This document shows, piece after piece, positions 1 through 9,750 of a stretch of DNA of 30,260 nt. The notes beneath the pieces are model-generated. The model was given only the letters and a program-made list of their open reading frames with translations, did no database searches and had not been told where the DNA came from. This DNA comes from Octopus sinensis (Eukaryota). Numbering within the stretch: position 1 is the stretch's first letter; the number at the start of each line of letters is the position of its first letter. The stretch lies in NCBI RefSeq assembly GCF_006345805.1, contig NW_021832512.1, positions 1 to 30,260 of the forward strand. Direction: 5' to 3'. The position numbers and the translations under genes were made by a program.

Positions 1-99
1 ATAGTCGATTTACATCGTCTGTATTTCCCCACTACACACGCCTCACAATAAGCATGGTGGCCTTGTGCCAGACCTAGAGAAAAATCATTATTTCGACGG

Positions 100-350
100 T
101 AGAGAGGTAGAAATGGCAGAGCGTCGAACTAAATGCTTTGAAGTACTGAATTATGCCCGTATGCCGCCTGAATTCCACTTCAAATCCGCCAAAATGCTTT
201 TCATCCCCACCCATGCCTCAGGATTTCAATAAAATAATAAATTATATGTACCAGACGATTACTGGGTCAATTCAACCGTCTACACTTGTCGGTTGAACTG
301 ACCCAGTACTCGTCGTCTCCTATATTATGTGTGGCCTTGCGCTTACGTGA
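100..350 (+). mobile_element. Heavily decayed SINE, family B
   Basis: Remnants TGGCAGAGCGTCG, TTCAAATCCGCC, GCTTTTCATCC, GTACCAG..ACTGGGTCAATT and GGCCTTGCGCTTA are collinear with the better family B copies in this window. Confidence 0.55.
254..314. repeat. Inverted repeat, 25 bp arms with 11 nt loop, inside a decayed SINE
   Basis: GACGATTACTGGGTCAATTCAACCG (254-278) matches the reverse complement of 290-314 (GACGAGTACTGGGTCAGTTCAACCG) at 23/25. Confidence 0.9.
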
Positions 351-889
351 GAAGATCGGACCAGCTTCTGTTTTGACTTTTAATGCCCCTCAGTCCGATA
401 AAAAAGAATTAGGAATTTAATAATATATACCAGAATAAACCATACTCAACCTTACCCTCTAATATTAAAATTTGTAGTTAAAAAAAAAAAATGAAAAAAT
501 TATTGCTGCTGAACGTTGAAGATAGGTAAAGTTCTTGGATCTATCGAGTCCGGTTTCGATTCTTATCTCAGGGTATTATTTCCATTCCTTTAACTCTCCA
601 ATACTCGGGGTGAGTTATGAACATCACAACCCTTCCATTCTTTATATATATTCGCAAACTCAACGTAGACTCTACCCTTTTAACCTTTCGGTGTCTATAA
701 AATAAGAACTAGTCAAGTATCGAGACCCAATATAGTTAAGTATTCCCTCCTTCAGAGCATCATAGCGGGAGGAGCAGGGGAGAATCTTTAAAGAATCTGA
801 GATCAAATCTTAGGCAGTCCTTTTCAAGATCGATAGAATACTCCAAGTAAATAACATTCTCATTTAGGATTCTTTATAGGAAAATTAAA

Positions 890-1020
890 TCGGGTACTTT
901 AGTTTTTATCGATCCCAGAAGGATGAAAAGGTAAAGTTGGCCTGAGCAGGATTTGATCACCGAATATATACGGCCGTAACATTTCTGCATTTTTGTGTAG
1001 CGCGCTAACGATTCTGCGAA
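890..1020 (-). mobile_element. Decayed SINE fragment, family B
   Basis: GGTACTTTAGTTTTTATCGATCCCAGAAGGATGAAAAGGTAAAGTTGGCC...GCTAACGATTCTGC matches the minus-strand family B copies. Confidence 0.6.
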
Positions 1021-1362
1021 TTCTTTACTAAAATATATGGTTTTCTGCCAATGCATCAAAATATTACACACACTCCAAAGAAATCACCGTTATTACTTTG
1101 GTACCGGACTATATGTATTTCGGTACATAGTTACGTCCCTTTATTAAAAAAAATTCACATCCCGCCGGCGTTATCTTTGAGGTCTTAAAGAGAAGTTGAG
1201 TACAAGTTCTGCACCGGGCCTCCCCGTGAAATATTATTATTAATTTCAGTCATTGTTATACACAATAATGCCGGTAAGAACTAATAATAGTTGTAGATGT
1301 ATTTATTCTAATATAATATTGAAGATATTAATAGTTTCTATGTTAACATTAGGGATACAATG

Positions 1363-1363
1363 A

Positions 1364-1399
<36 letters not shown>

Positions 1400-1424
1400 C
1401 ACCACCACCACCTCCACCTCCACC
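1363..1424. repeat. (TAG)n followed by (CAC)n/(CACCTC)n microsatellite
   Basis: Direct reading of tandem units. Confidence 0.95.
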
Positions 1425-1469
1425 TTTAATATGGTATAAACCAAAGAAAGAGCTCCTCCGTTTATAACC

Positions 1470-1790
1470 TGTTAGAAATAGCAGCCAAATCTTCCTAAAG
1501 AGAAAGACGTCACAGACAATGTGTCTACGTATCCAAAAAGGCTAGATGGTAACAACTGGACTACGATCATAGTGCTACTCAAGTAGGGATGACCTAGGGC
1601 TAAACAGTAACTACCGTTGCTACTACGAGCCGAAAGAGCAGCTTGCTAGAAATAGCAACCAAATCACCATCAAATCACGCCCTACTGTCATAAAACGAAG
1701 ATAGATGCATTAAATGATATAGTCCTATGCAACTTTAAAAATAAATGCCTTTAATAGTCTGCACGATCAGGGTTGATCTGGAGCGAACGA
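1470..1790 (+). mobile_element. Two tandem decayed copies of a short interspersed repeat (family D)
   Basis: TAGAAATAGCAGCCAAATC (~1473) and TAGAAATAGCAACCAAATC (~1647) are each followed by an AGGG(A/T)TGA(C/T)CT(A/G)G(G/A)GC(T/G)AA end. A reverse-strand relative with an (AAC)n tail lies at ~26778-27000. Confidence 0.6.
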
Positions 1791-2175
1791 ATTGTTAGTG
1801 CGTCGGACAAAATACATAGTGACATTTCTTTCGGCTCTTAACTTTCTAAGTTCATATCCCGACGAGGTCAACTGTGCTTTTTATTCTTTCGGGGGTCGAT
1901 AAAGGAAGTACTACCAATCAAATGTAGGGGACGATGTTAATCGACTAACTCCTTCACAAATTTCATTCCTTGTACCTGTCAGAAACGTCAGTGCGTCGGA
2001 CAAAATGCTCAGCGGTATTTCGTCCGTCTGCACGTTCTGAGTTCAAATTCTGCCGGGGTCGACTGCCTTTCATACTTTTGGGGTCGGTCGATAAAATAAG
2101 TACCAGTTGAGCACTGGGTCGATGTAATCGACTACCCCACTCACCCAAAATTTCAGGCCTATAGCAGAAAGGATT
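1790..2175 (+). mobile_element. Two tandem tRNA-derived SINEs, family B
   Basis: Both start with AGTGCGTCGGACAAAAT. The second has a B-box-like GAGTTCAAATTC. Both carry the TTTC/TTTT-GGGGTCG..ATAAA..AAGTAC core, GTCGATGTAATCGACT-type palindrome and AAATTTCA..CCT tail. Confidence 0.85.
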
Positions 2176-2287
2176 ATTATCATCATTATCGTTGTTTTTG
2201 TTGTTGAGTAAAGTTATTTTTTAAAGCAGATTTATAATTATTTTCAAGCAATTGGAGAAATGAAAAAATCCACTTGAAAAGGCGCGC

Positions 2288-2288
<1 letters not shown>

Positions 2289-2330
<42 letters not shown>

Positions 2331-2429
2331 CGTGCGTGTGTGCATGTCTGTCATTTTTCGAGTGTGCATATGTATAATTGCGCATATATGCATATAAAGT
2401 TTTATGAATTTTATTTGCGCAGATTTCCT

Positions 2430-2463
<34 letters not shown>

Positions 2464-2531
2464 CGTACGTATATATGTGTATATATGTATATATATATGT
2501 ATGTATATATATGTATATATATATGTGTGTG

Positions 2532-2563
<32 letters not shown>
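2289..2563. repeat. Compound (TG)n / (TATG)n / (TA)n microsatellite tract
   Basis: Direct reading. It explains ORFs 2274..2567 and 2404..2598. Confidence 0.95.
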
Positions 2564-2728
2564 TTAGAAAAAAAGAGATAACAAAGCCAAGGCTGTGAAG
2601 AGTTTTCAGGACATTTATAAGGAAAAATAGTCTTACAGCTGTTTCTGGGATATTATGGAAATCCCTTCATCAGAGACGATGTGAGATGGTTAAATAGAGG
2701 TAAATATTTGAGTTCGACATAAGGAATT
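2564..2728 (-). mobile_element. Penelope-like element pseudo-LTR fragment carrying a hammerhead motif
   Basis: About 165 bp of non-simple sequence between (TA)n tracts containing a minimal type I hammerhead, the known hallmark of PLE pLTRs. Confidence 0.65.
2627..2680 (-). ncRNA. Minimal type I hammerhead ribozyme motif
   Basis: Minus strand reads gtct CTGATGA A GGGAT ttccataat ATCCC A GAAA C AGCT G TA agac. Core CUGAUGA/GAAA is intact, stem II is 5 bp, stem III is palindromic (ACAGCUGU), the cleavage triplet is GUA, and stem I is GUCU/AGAC. Confidence 0.85.
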
Positions 2729-2769
2729 ATTATATATGTGTGTGTGTGTATACATATATGCATATATTC

Positions 2770-3052
2770 TTTTATTTGTTCCAGTCGTTTGACTGTGGCC
2801 ATGCTGGAGCACCGCCTTTAGTCGAACAAATCGATCTCAGGACTTGTTCTTTGGAAGCCTAGTACTTATTCTATCGGCCTCTTTTGCAGAACCGCTAGAT
2901 TACGGGGACGTAAACACACCAACATCGGTTGTCAAGCGATGTCGGGGCGGACAAACACACACACACATATATAGATATACGACACAGGCTTCTTTCAGTT
3001 TCCGTCTACCAAATCCACTCACAAGGATTTGGTCGGCCCGAGGCTATGGTAG
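2770..3052 (-). mobile_element. SINE family A, lacking the tRNA head
   Basis: TGACTGTGGCCATGCTGGAGCACCGCCTTTAGTCG...TTTCAGTTTCCGTCTACCAAATCCACTCACAAGG is near-identical to the copies at 22053-23692. Confidence 0.92.
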
Positions 3053-3425
3053 ATACATAGAGATATATACATACACACATATGCATACACACACATTTGT
3101 ATGTGTGTTCGTTTTAATATGTTTATACTTACGTCGGTGTGCGTGCGGGCGCAAGCGTGTGTGTGTGTGTGTGTGTGAGTGCGTGTGTGTCTGTTTATTT
3201 GTGTTTGTGTGTAGGCGTGCATGTGCACGAGTGAGAAAGACAAGAGACAGAGAAAGCGTGTTGGAAAGCAAAAGAAAGAAACGAAGAAACGAGAGAGAGA
3301 GAGAGAGATGTGTATATTTGGTCGGAGACATAGACACATGCAAGCAGACAGACCGAGGTGGGTAAATGTAAACAGAACTTAGATGAGGACCCCCTCTCTC
3401 TTTCTGTCTCTTTCTGTCTCTTTCT

Positions 3426-3482
<57 letters not shown>

Positions 3483-3487
3483 CACAG

Positions 3488-3540
3488 GCAGATGGGCGGC
3501 GGCGGGAGTGGCTGGCAAGTTATTAAAGCAGTTAGTAAGA
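3488..3540 (+). other. Candidate 53 nt internal exon, product unknown
   Basis: A long (CT)n polypyrimidine tract ends in TTGCACAG (3487), followed by a GC-rich body and a perfect GTAAGT donor at 3541. Two frames are open (RWAAAGVAGKLLKQLVR or QMGGGGSGWQVIKAVSK). Confidence 0.4.
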
Positions 3541-3852
3541 GTAAGTTTACATCTGATATAGAGATGGTAATGTAGAATGCAAATAAAAAGAAAAAAGAAA
3601 GAAAATGAAGAAATAAGTGTGAGAGACAGAGAGAGAGAGAGAGAGAGGGGGGTGAAATGAAGGCAGGAAAATAACAAACAACGATATCAACAGCACTACA
3701 AACTCTAAAAACAAACAAGCGGCGACATTAAAATTCTGAGAAAAATAAAAAAAAGAAAGAAAGGAGGTAGGAAAAAGTTTTTTTAAAAAACGCAATTATA
3801 TATACAAGCACACACATTCATACATAAATACATATTACATACATATGTATGG

Positions 3853-3906
<54 letters not shown>

Positions 3907-4552
3907 TTTCGTTCTTTTCTGTTCTCCAAGTAAGTTTATATATATATATTATATATATATTATATATTTATATAAGTATATTTATGTACAAATATGTGCA
4001 TTTATGCACATACACTCACACAGAGACACATATATATATTGTATGTGTTTACAACGTAATGTCTGCATAAACAAGCACAAAGGCACATTGGTTTATATAC
4101 AGGCATTGATGTGTCTGTGTATGTGTGCGTATTAAATATAAAAGAAATGAAAGATGAAGAAAAAAGAAATGTCAGAAAACAGATAACTGCTGAGCACTGT
4201 GTGTAGGAGGGGGGGTTAGATGCAGAGAGGTAGATGTGGAGAGTACAGGAAAAAGATTCGAAGGCAGACAGACGTGGGTTCTAGTAAGCTAAATCCTCCG
4301 TAGTTTGGTATCTTCACACAGATACATATACGCACACATAAAATATATTTAATTAGTACAACAATATTAAGTACAGTTATTTGTATGTAATGAATTGCTA
4401 TTGTAGGTACGTAAGCACACAATCTAGAATATATGTACAGACCGCGCGCAACACACGTCTGTGACTATCTCTGTGAAAGATTGTCTATGTTTAAAGATTT
4501 TTATATATTATTTTATATATGTGTATATATATATGTATATATTATATAATAT

Positions 4553-4603
<51 letters not shown>

Positions 4604-4636
4604 TATATATTATGAGAACAAAGGGTACGTACACAG

Positions 4637-4704
<68 letters not shown>

Positions 4705-4707
4705 TAA

Positions 4708-4833
4708 AAATACAAAATGGGACAAAAACTCAAAAGATCCTGAGGACGATACAAAAAACACGGACGGGTCATCGAAGCCTTTAATCTTCAGTCAAGAACC
4801 GGATCATCCTCGCAATTTCGGCTGATTAATCTT
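4708..4833 (-). mobile_element. Short repeat fragment embedded in (TA)n, probably PLE-derived
   Basis: Non-simple 125 bp island between TA tracts. The minus strand has CGAAATTGCG..24 nt..CTGAAGA, the same motif order as at 8904-8940 and 9553-9589. Confidence 0.4.
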
Positions 4834-4839
4834 ATATAT

Positions 4840-4877
<38 letters not shown>

Positions 4878-4936
4878 GAATCTTCACACGAGTATGTGTG
4901 TGTGTATGTATGTACGGGTATTTATATATTACTATT

Positions 4937-5083
4937 TAGTAGAAGCAACAGAGTGTCTCAAGGGCCGAGAGTTCCATGCGTTGGCACTCAACAAAAATTA
5001 GTTTGATAATAGTTTGGTAACTAATTTGATAAATGCTAACGCACGAAACTCTTGGTCTTTGAGTCACTCTGTTGCTTCTGCTA
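4937..5083. mobile_element. Palindromic (foldback) MITE with probable TA target duplication
   Basis: Arms of about 65 bp: TAGTAGAAGCAACAGAGTGTCTCAAGGGCCGAGAGTTCCATGCGTTGGCA.. versus reverse complement TAGCAGAAGCAACAGAGTGACTCAAAGACCAAGAGTTTCGTGCGTTAGCA.., with a ~15 nt spacer. It begins and ends with TA. Confidence 0.8.
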
Positions 5084-5332
5084 TACATATACATATACTC
5101 TATACATATATTTTGAATCCTATTTTTCCCTGTTTGTATCACCATACCTGTTGATATAATACATACATACATACATACATATACACACTCACACACACAC
5201 ACATACATTAATACGATTTATACGCACACATACACATTAACACAAATATGTCCTGGTGTTATCTGTTCAGTGGAAAATGGTGAAGCTACTTAGAAAAAAA
5301 GACTTCAAACTGGTAGGTCACCTAAGTTTCAA

Positions 5333-5483
5333 GGCACAGGCATGGCTGCGTGCTAAGTTTGCTTCTCATCTGCATGTCTCCAGGTTCAGTTTTCTACTTA
5401 GCCACGGTCCGATCAAAGCCTTGTGACTGGAGTTGGTAGACGGAAATTGAAAGAAGCTCGTCACACACACACACACACACACA
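5333..5483 (+). mobile_element. SINE family A 5' portion with internal deletion
   Basis: GGCACAGGCATGGCTGCGTG (A-box-like), GGTTCAGTT (B-box-like), then CAAAGCCTTGTGACTGGAGTTGGTAGACGGAAATTGAAAGAAGCTCGTC. Confidence 0.8.
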
Positions 5484-5670
5484 TTTCAATATGTACAAAT
5501 AACACGGAAAAAATAAATAGTTACCAGGGTAGCAAAAATTCACATAAGTGCCAAGGATGTTAAAGCCTACTTATAAAGGTAGAAACTCCAGGACATAGTG
5601 AAATGTTTTCGTGTAACATAGATAAATTAAGAAATGGAGTTAAACTCAGTTGTTATTCAAATCTTTATAC

Positions 5671-5750
5671 TTCTGACGTATGTTTCGAAGAAAACATTGA
5701 TATTATTCCGGAGGGAATAAAATGATGAAAAACAATGCAATCATCTTGTT
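5671..5750 (-). ncRNA. Degenerate hammerhead remnant (3' half) in a probable PLE pLTR
   Basis: Minus strand has a long interrupted stem (GCATTG/CAATGT, TTATTCC/GGAATAA) followed by CGAAACATACGTC. The same GAAACATACGTH occurs at 17833. No intact CUGANGA is present. Confidence 0.4.
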
Positions 5751-5940
5751 AAGGAAAAAAAAATTAATTGATTTACCAGCTTATTGATGTGTTTGTTTCT
5801 CTTTTTTACCCTGAATCCAACCCACTAATGGTAGAATACCCAATTATTAATACACAAGTGTTTTTTATTGCATTGCAATTACATTACCTAGTGTACTAAA
5901 TAGGTGAAGGCAAAGAGATATTTTACCATTAATTTATATT

Positions 5941-6348
5941 GCAAATAAGAAAATGGAGGAGAACAATAGGTGGTTCATCAACTTTTGGACATTAAAACGT
6001 TACTTATTTATTTACTAAACTGATAATTATAATAACATACATACATATAGCATATTATTCTTTACATATAAGATATAATATATAAAATATAGTAATATAT
6101 AAGGATATCAGTAATTATTATAAAAATCCTGAATATAAATTGGTAAAATAACTTACAGCTGTTTCAGCCAATAGATAAAAATATCTCATTCTACCTATAT
6201 TACTTATATCTATATATCTTATATCTTATATGTAAAGAATAATATGCTATAATGTATGTTATAATTATCAGTTTAATAAATAAATAAGTTAACACTTTAA
6301 TGTCCAAAAGTTGATGAACCACCTATTGTTCTCCATTTTCTTATTTGC
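5941..6348. repeat. Long inverted repeat, probably an inverted PLE pLTR pair
   Basis: 5941-~6098 is the reverse complement of ~6196-6348 (e.g. GAGAACAATAGGTGGTTCATCAACTTTTGGACATTAAA / TTTAATGTCCAAAAGTTGATGAACCACCTATTGTTCTC). The spacer contains minus-strand GAAACAGCTGTAAG, as in the 2627 hammerhead. Confidence 0.9.
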
Positions 6349-6379
6349 GATATATATATATATATATTATATATATATA

Positions 6380-6418
<39 letters not shown>

Positions 6419-6450
6419 TATATATATTATATATATATATATATATATCA

Positions 6451-8512
6451 CAATATGTTGTCATAAACGCTCAGATAGAAACGAGAGGAGCCATGGTGGA
6501 GTTGCTGTGTACATCAGAGAGGACCTCACGCCCCAGGTCCTGCTCTCATATTCAAATTCAGTGTGTGACACTCAAATTGTACACATAAGACAACTTAATA
6601 TTGTTATATGTACTACATATCGCCCACCAGATGCTCCGAGTCATACAGGCAAATTTGAAGACTGCCTAGCAAAGATAGGAGAATTTGCCACCAAACTGGA
6701 GCAACACATCAACGTATTCCTTTAAGCGACTTTAACTTCCCAAACATGGGATGACCTGGGGGCCAGATTTCCCAGGAATGGTACACCAACAGCAAGCACA
6801 GGCAGAGTCCCTGCGACACCTTACCAATGCCTCTTTCATGAAGCAAAACGTGCTGCAATCAACCAGGGCAAATAATATACTGGATCTCTGCTTCACAAAC
6901 AATATGGACATTATCCATAATGTTAAAGTGACACTGACGCTGATCTCGGATCACAATATAATAGAGCCGTCTATGTATGGACCAAAAACTCCTGCAGACA
7001 TACAGCATATACGAAGCACCCAAAATCTCTCCAAGCTAAACTTTCATAAAGTAAATTGGAAGTTGATTGAGAAAGAGGTCCTCAAACAGGATTGGCTTAA
7101 ATGTATCTCCACTCCAGACATTGACATGAAACACAAACATTTCATGTCCATAATACAAGCCTTATGTGACAAATCTGTCCTATTGTTGAAGGCCAACATA
7201 CACAAAAATAGGATCCCTAGGGAAAGGAAGATTCTTATGAGATGATGGACAAAGATTGTGAACAGCCTGAGCAGGCATCCCAAAAGTGGCGAGAAGTCTC
7301 GCCTAGAGAGAGCACTATTGGAGATTGAGAAACGTCTGCATCAGTCTCATGAAAAGGAGAGAGCAAATAAAGATGCTTGGGTTATAGAAAATATCAAGTC
7401 AAACGTTAAAGCTTTCTTTAAATTTGCCAAAGAACAGCCTCAATACAACACAAGATAGGATCCCTCTTCCAAAAAGATGGCTTTCTCACAGGAAACCCCG
7501 TGAGGGTAAGTAAAATACTGAACGAACAGTTCCAAAGTGTGTTCACTACACCGCTGGGATACAGGCAAGTGAACAAACCAACAGAATTCTTTGCCACATT
7601 ACTTAAAATCAAAGAGGTAAAAAAAATATTGAGTACATAAACATTGAAAAAGATGTAACACTGGCCATAGATGAGGTTGACACAAACTCAGCTGCTGGCC
7701 CAGATGGATTTCCAGCAATCCTCCTCAAATCATGTTAGTGAGCCCTTACAAAACCACTGCAGTTTCTCTTTCAGTGCTTCCTTGCAAGTAGTAAGCTCCT
7801 AGACAAACTGAAGGAAGAGATAATATGCCCTATCCACAAGGAAGGAAGCAGAGCAGATGCTTAAAATTATAGGCCTAAATCTCTGACCTCATACATCAGT
7901 AAAGTCATGGAACGAATAGTCTGCAAGAAACTAATCGCGTTCCTTGAAGAAAATGACTTGCTGACTGACACCCAGCATGGATTTTGTCCAGAAAGAAGCT
8001 GTCTGACACAGCTCCTGCAACACTACGACTGGGTGTTAAAACAGCTGCTGAATGACTCAAGCATGGATGTAATATATCTCGATTTTGCAAAAGCCTTTGA
8101 TAAAGTTGACCATGGTATGATATGTCACAAACTGCGAGATCTTGGCATAAGCAGAAAACTTGGAGAATGGCTACACAAAGCTTACTTTCTATAAGATAGA
8201 CGTCAGGCAGCAGTGGCCAACAGAGCCACCTCCAAGGAAACACAAATAGCAAGTGGTGTGCCACAGGGCACTGTCTTTTTCAAAGTGGTGCTCCCCGACA
8301 TGCTCTCAGCTGCTCAGATAGTCTTCCTTGTGCAGATGACACAAAAGTCTCTCAGACAATACAAAATCCTGGAAATATTGCACATCTGCAACGAGAGTTG
8401 GACGCAATATACAGGTGGGCTGAGGACAACAACATGCAGTTTAATGCAGGAAAATTCCAGGCCCTACGCGACCAGCACACAAAGCTAAACGGCATGCAGA
8501 GAAAATACACTG
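6451..8512 (+). mobile_element. Decayed CR1-clade LINE ORF2 (AP endonuclease plus reverse transcriptase), truncated at both ends
   Basis: APE motifs RSDRNERSHGGVAVYIRE, YRPP, DFNFP, NILDLCFTNN, SDHNII. RT motifs NYRP.SLTS..SKVMERIV, QHGF, RSCLTQLL, YLDFAKAFDKVDH, SGVPQG, ADDTK, WAEDNNMQFNAGKFQ. Multiple stops and frameshifts. Confidence 0.95.
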
Positions 8513-9076
8513 GCTTGATTTACGCGTTCGCCACCACAACCTCGTTTAGGCTTAGTAGCCCTTCCTGTTTGTTTTCACTGCCCTGTTTAGTTAGTTAGTT
8601 AATTTGGCTCAAAAGCAAATAGCAAGGCCATGTAGGGGGACATGGAGTTAAGTACAGGGTGGTGTTCATGTAAAGAGTTCAGGCCACTTGAGGTCAAGGG
8701 AGGCTTTGAACAAAGCGGTCGTCGGCATCTTCACCATCTCGTCTGGCAGCTTGTTCCACGGATCCGCAACCCGGACGGAGAAAGCTCCTCTCCTTCGATT
8801 GAGATGAAATCGTCGCAGGTAGAGCTGTTTGTGTTACCTGTTTTGACCCGCCGCAAAATTCCAAATTTTATTTAATTTGCTTTACAGGAGCAACTGTTTT
8901 ATCGAAATACGAGGCTAGAAAAACAGCCAACAACTGATGAAGGATCGTTCTTTATGTTGTTTGTTTTGTTTTCCATTTGCGTCTTTCGGATAACGAAAGA
9001 ATAGTTCATGTTCCATGTACTTGTGCTTCGTACTTTTTTTGTTGTACACGTTTCATGACGTCCCGTGCCCACATAT

Positions 9077-9078
<2 letters not shown>
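8512..9078 (+). mobile_element. T-rich interspersed repeat copy 1 (probable PLE pLTR), interrupted by the CR1 insertion
   Basis: Collinear blocks shared with 9390-9750: GCGTTC(G/A)CCAC, CCGCAAAA..AAATTTTATTTAATTT, CGAAAT(A/G)CG, ACAACTGATGAAGG, TGA(C/T)GTCC(C/T)GT(G/A)CCCA.ATATGCA. Confidence 0.6.
8589..8824 (-). mobile_element. 5'-truncated CR1-clade LINE 3' end with (TAAC)n tail
   Basis: Minus translation YLRRFHLNRRRGAFSVRVADPWNKLPDEMVKMPTTALFKASLDLKWPELFT* is a typical CR1 ORF2 C-terminus (FSxRVxxxWNxLP..FK..LD). It has a short 3' UTR and an AACTAACTAACT tail, and is flanked by CTGTTT at 8583-8588 and 8825-8830. Confidence 0.9.
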
Positions 9079-9129
<51 letters not shown>

Positions 9130-9206
9130 CATATATACATACATACATACATACATATATATATATACGTATAGATGTATGTACATATACGTATGTATAT
9201 ATGCAG

Positions 9207-9331
9207 CAACTACAAGAAGATCCAGATCTTCATCAACAAATGTCTCCGGCAGATCCTCCATCTGTAGTGATCCTCCATCTGAAGTCCCAAACACCGACCA
9301 GTGGGAAAGGGCCAACCAGGAGCCCATAAAT
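9207..9331 (+). mobile_element. RTE-clade LINE fragment (post-RT region)
   Basis: KKIQIFINKCLRQILHL, then after a short duplication of GATCCTCCATCTG, EVPNTDQWERANQEPI. This matches the RTE pattern KLQxFxNxCLRxIL.....xSNxxLWERTxQxPI. Confidence 0.75.
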
Positions 9332-9389
9332 GGGAGAGAGAGAGGGAACGGTGAAGACAAGACGTGCTTTTATCTGTTTCTTCTCAAAG

Positions 9390-9750
9390 CTCGTTTTTCC
9401 AAGCGTTCACCACTTCACATCGTCTTGACTTAACGGCCCTCACCGTTCTGTTTTTGTTACCACTTTCACCTTCCGCAAAAAATCCTAAATTTTATTTAAT
9501 TTTCTTTGCGGGAAGGATTGTTTTAACGAAGTCGCGTCTTGTCCTTACCTTCGAAATGCGGAGTAGATAAAACAGGGGACAACTGATGAAGGGAATGTGT
9601 TTTATGCTGCATGTCTCGTTTCTCTGTTTGTTTGTTTTTTTTTCATTGTTCGAAAAAAAGGGCGTTTTCTATGCTTTTGTTTTTTATGTTCTCGTTTCTC
9701 ATTCTGTCCATGTTTTTTTTTGTTTTTGATGTCCTGTACCCATATATGCA
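9390..9750 (+). mobile_element. T-rich interspersed repeat copy 2 (probable PLE pLTR)
   Basis: Diverged paralogue of 8512-9078, sharing the blocks listed there. It ends in a TA/TG microsatellite. Confidence 0.6.

Noticed and set aside
2274-4772. Numerous ORFs rich in YI/CV/HT/RE dipeptides
   Set aside because: They are translations of (TA)n, (TG)n, (CA)n and (GA)n microsatellites, not genes.
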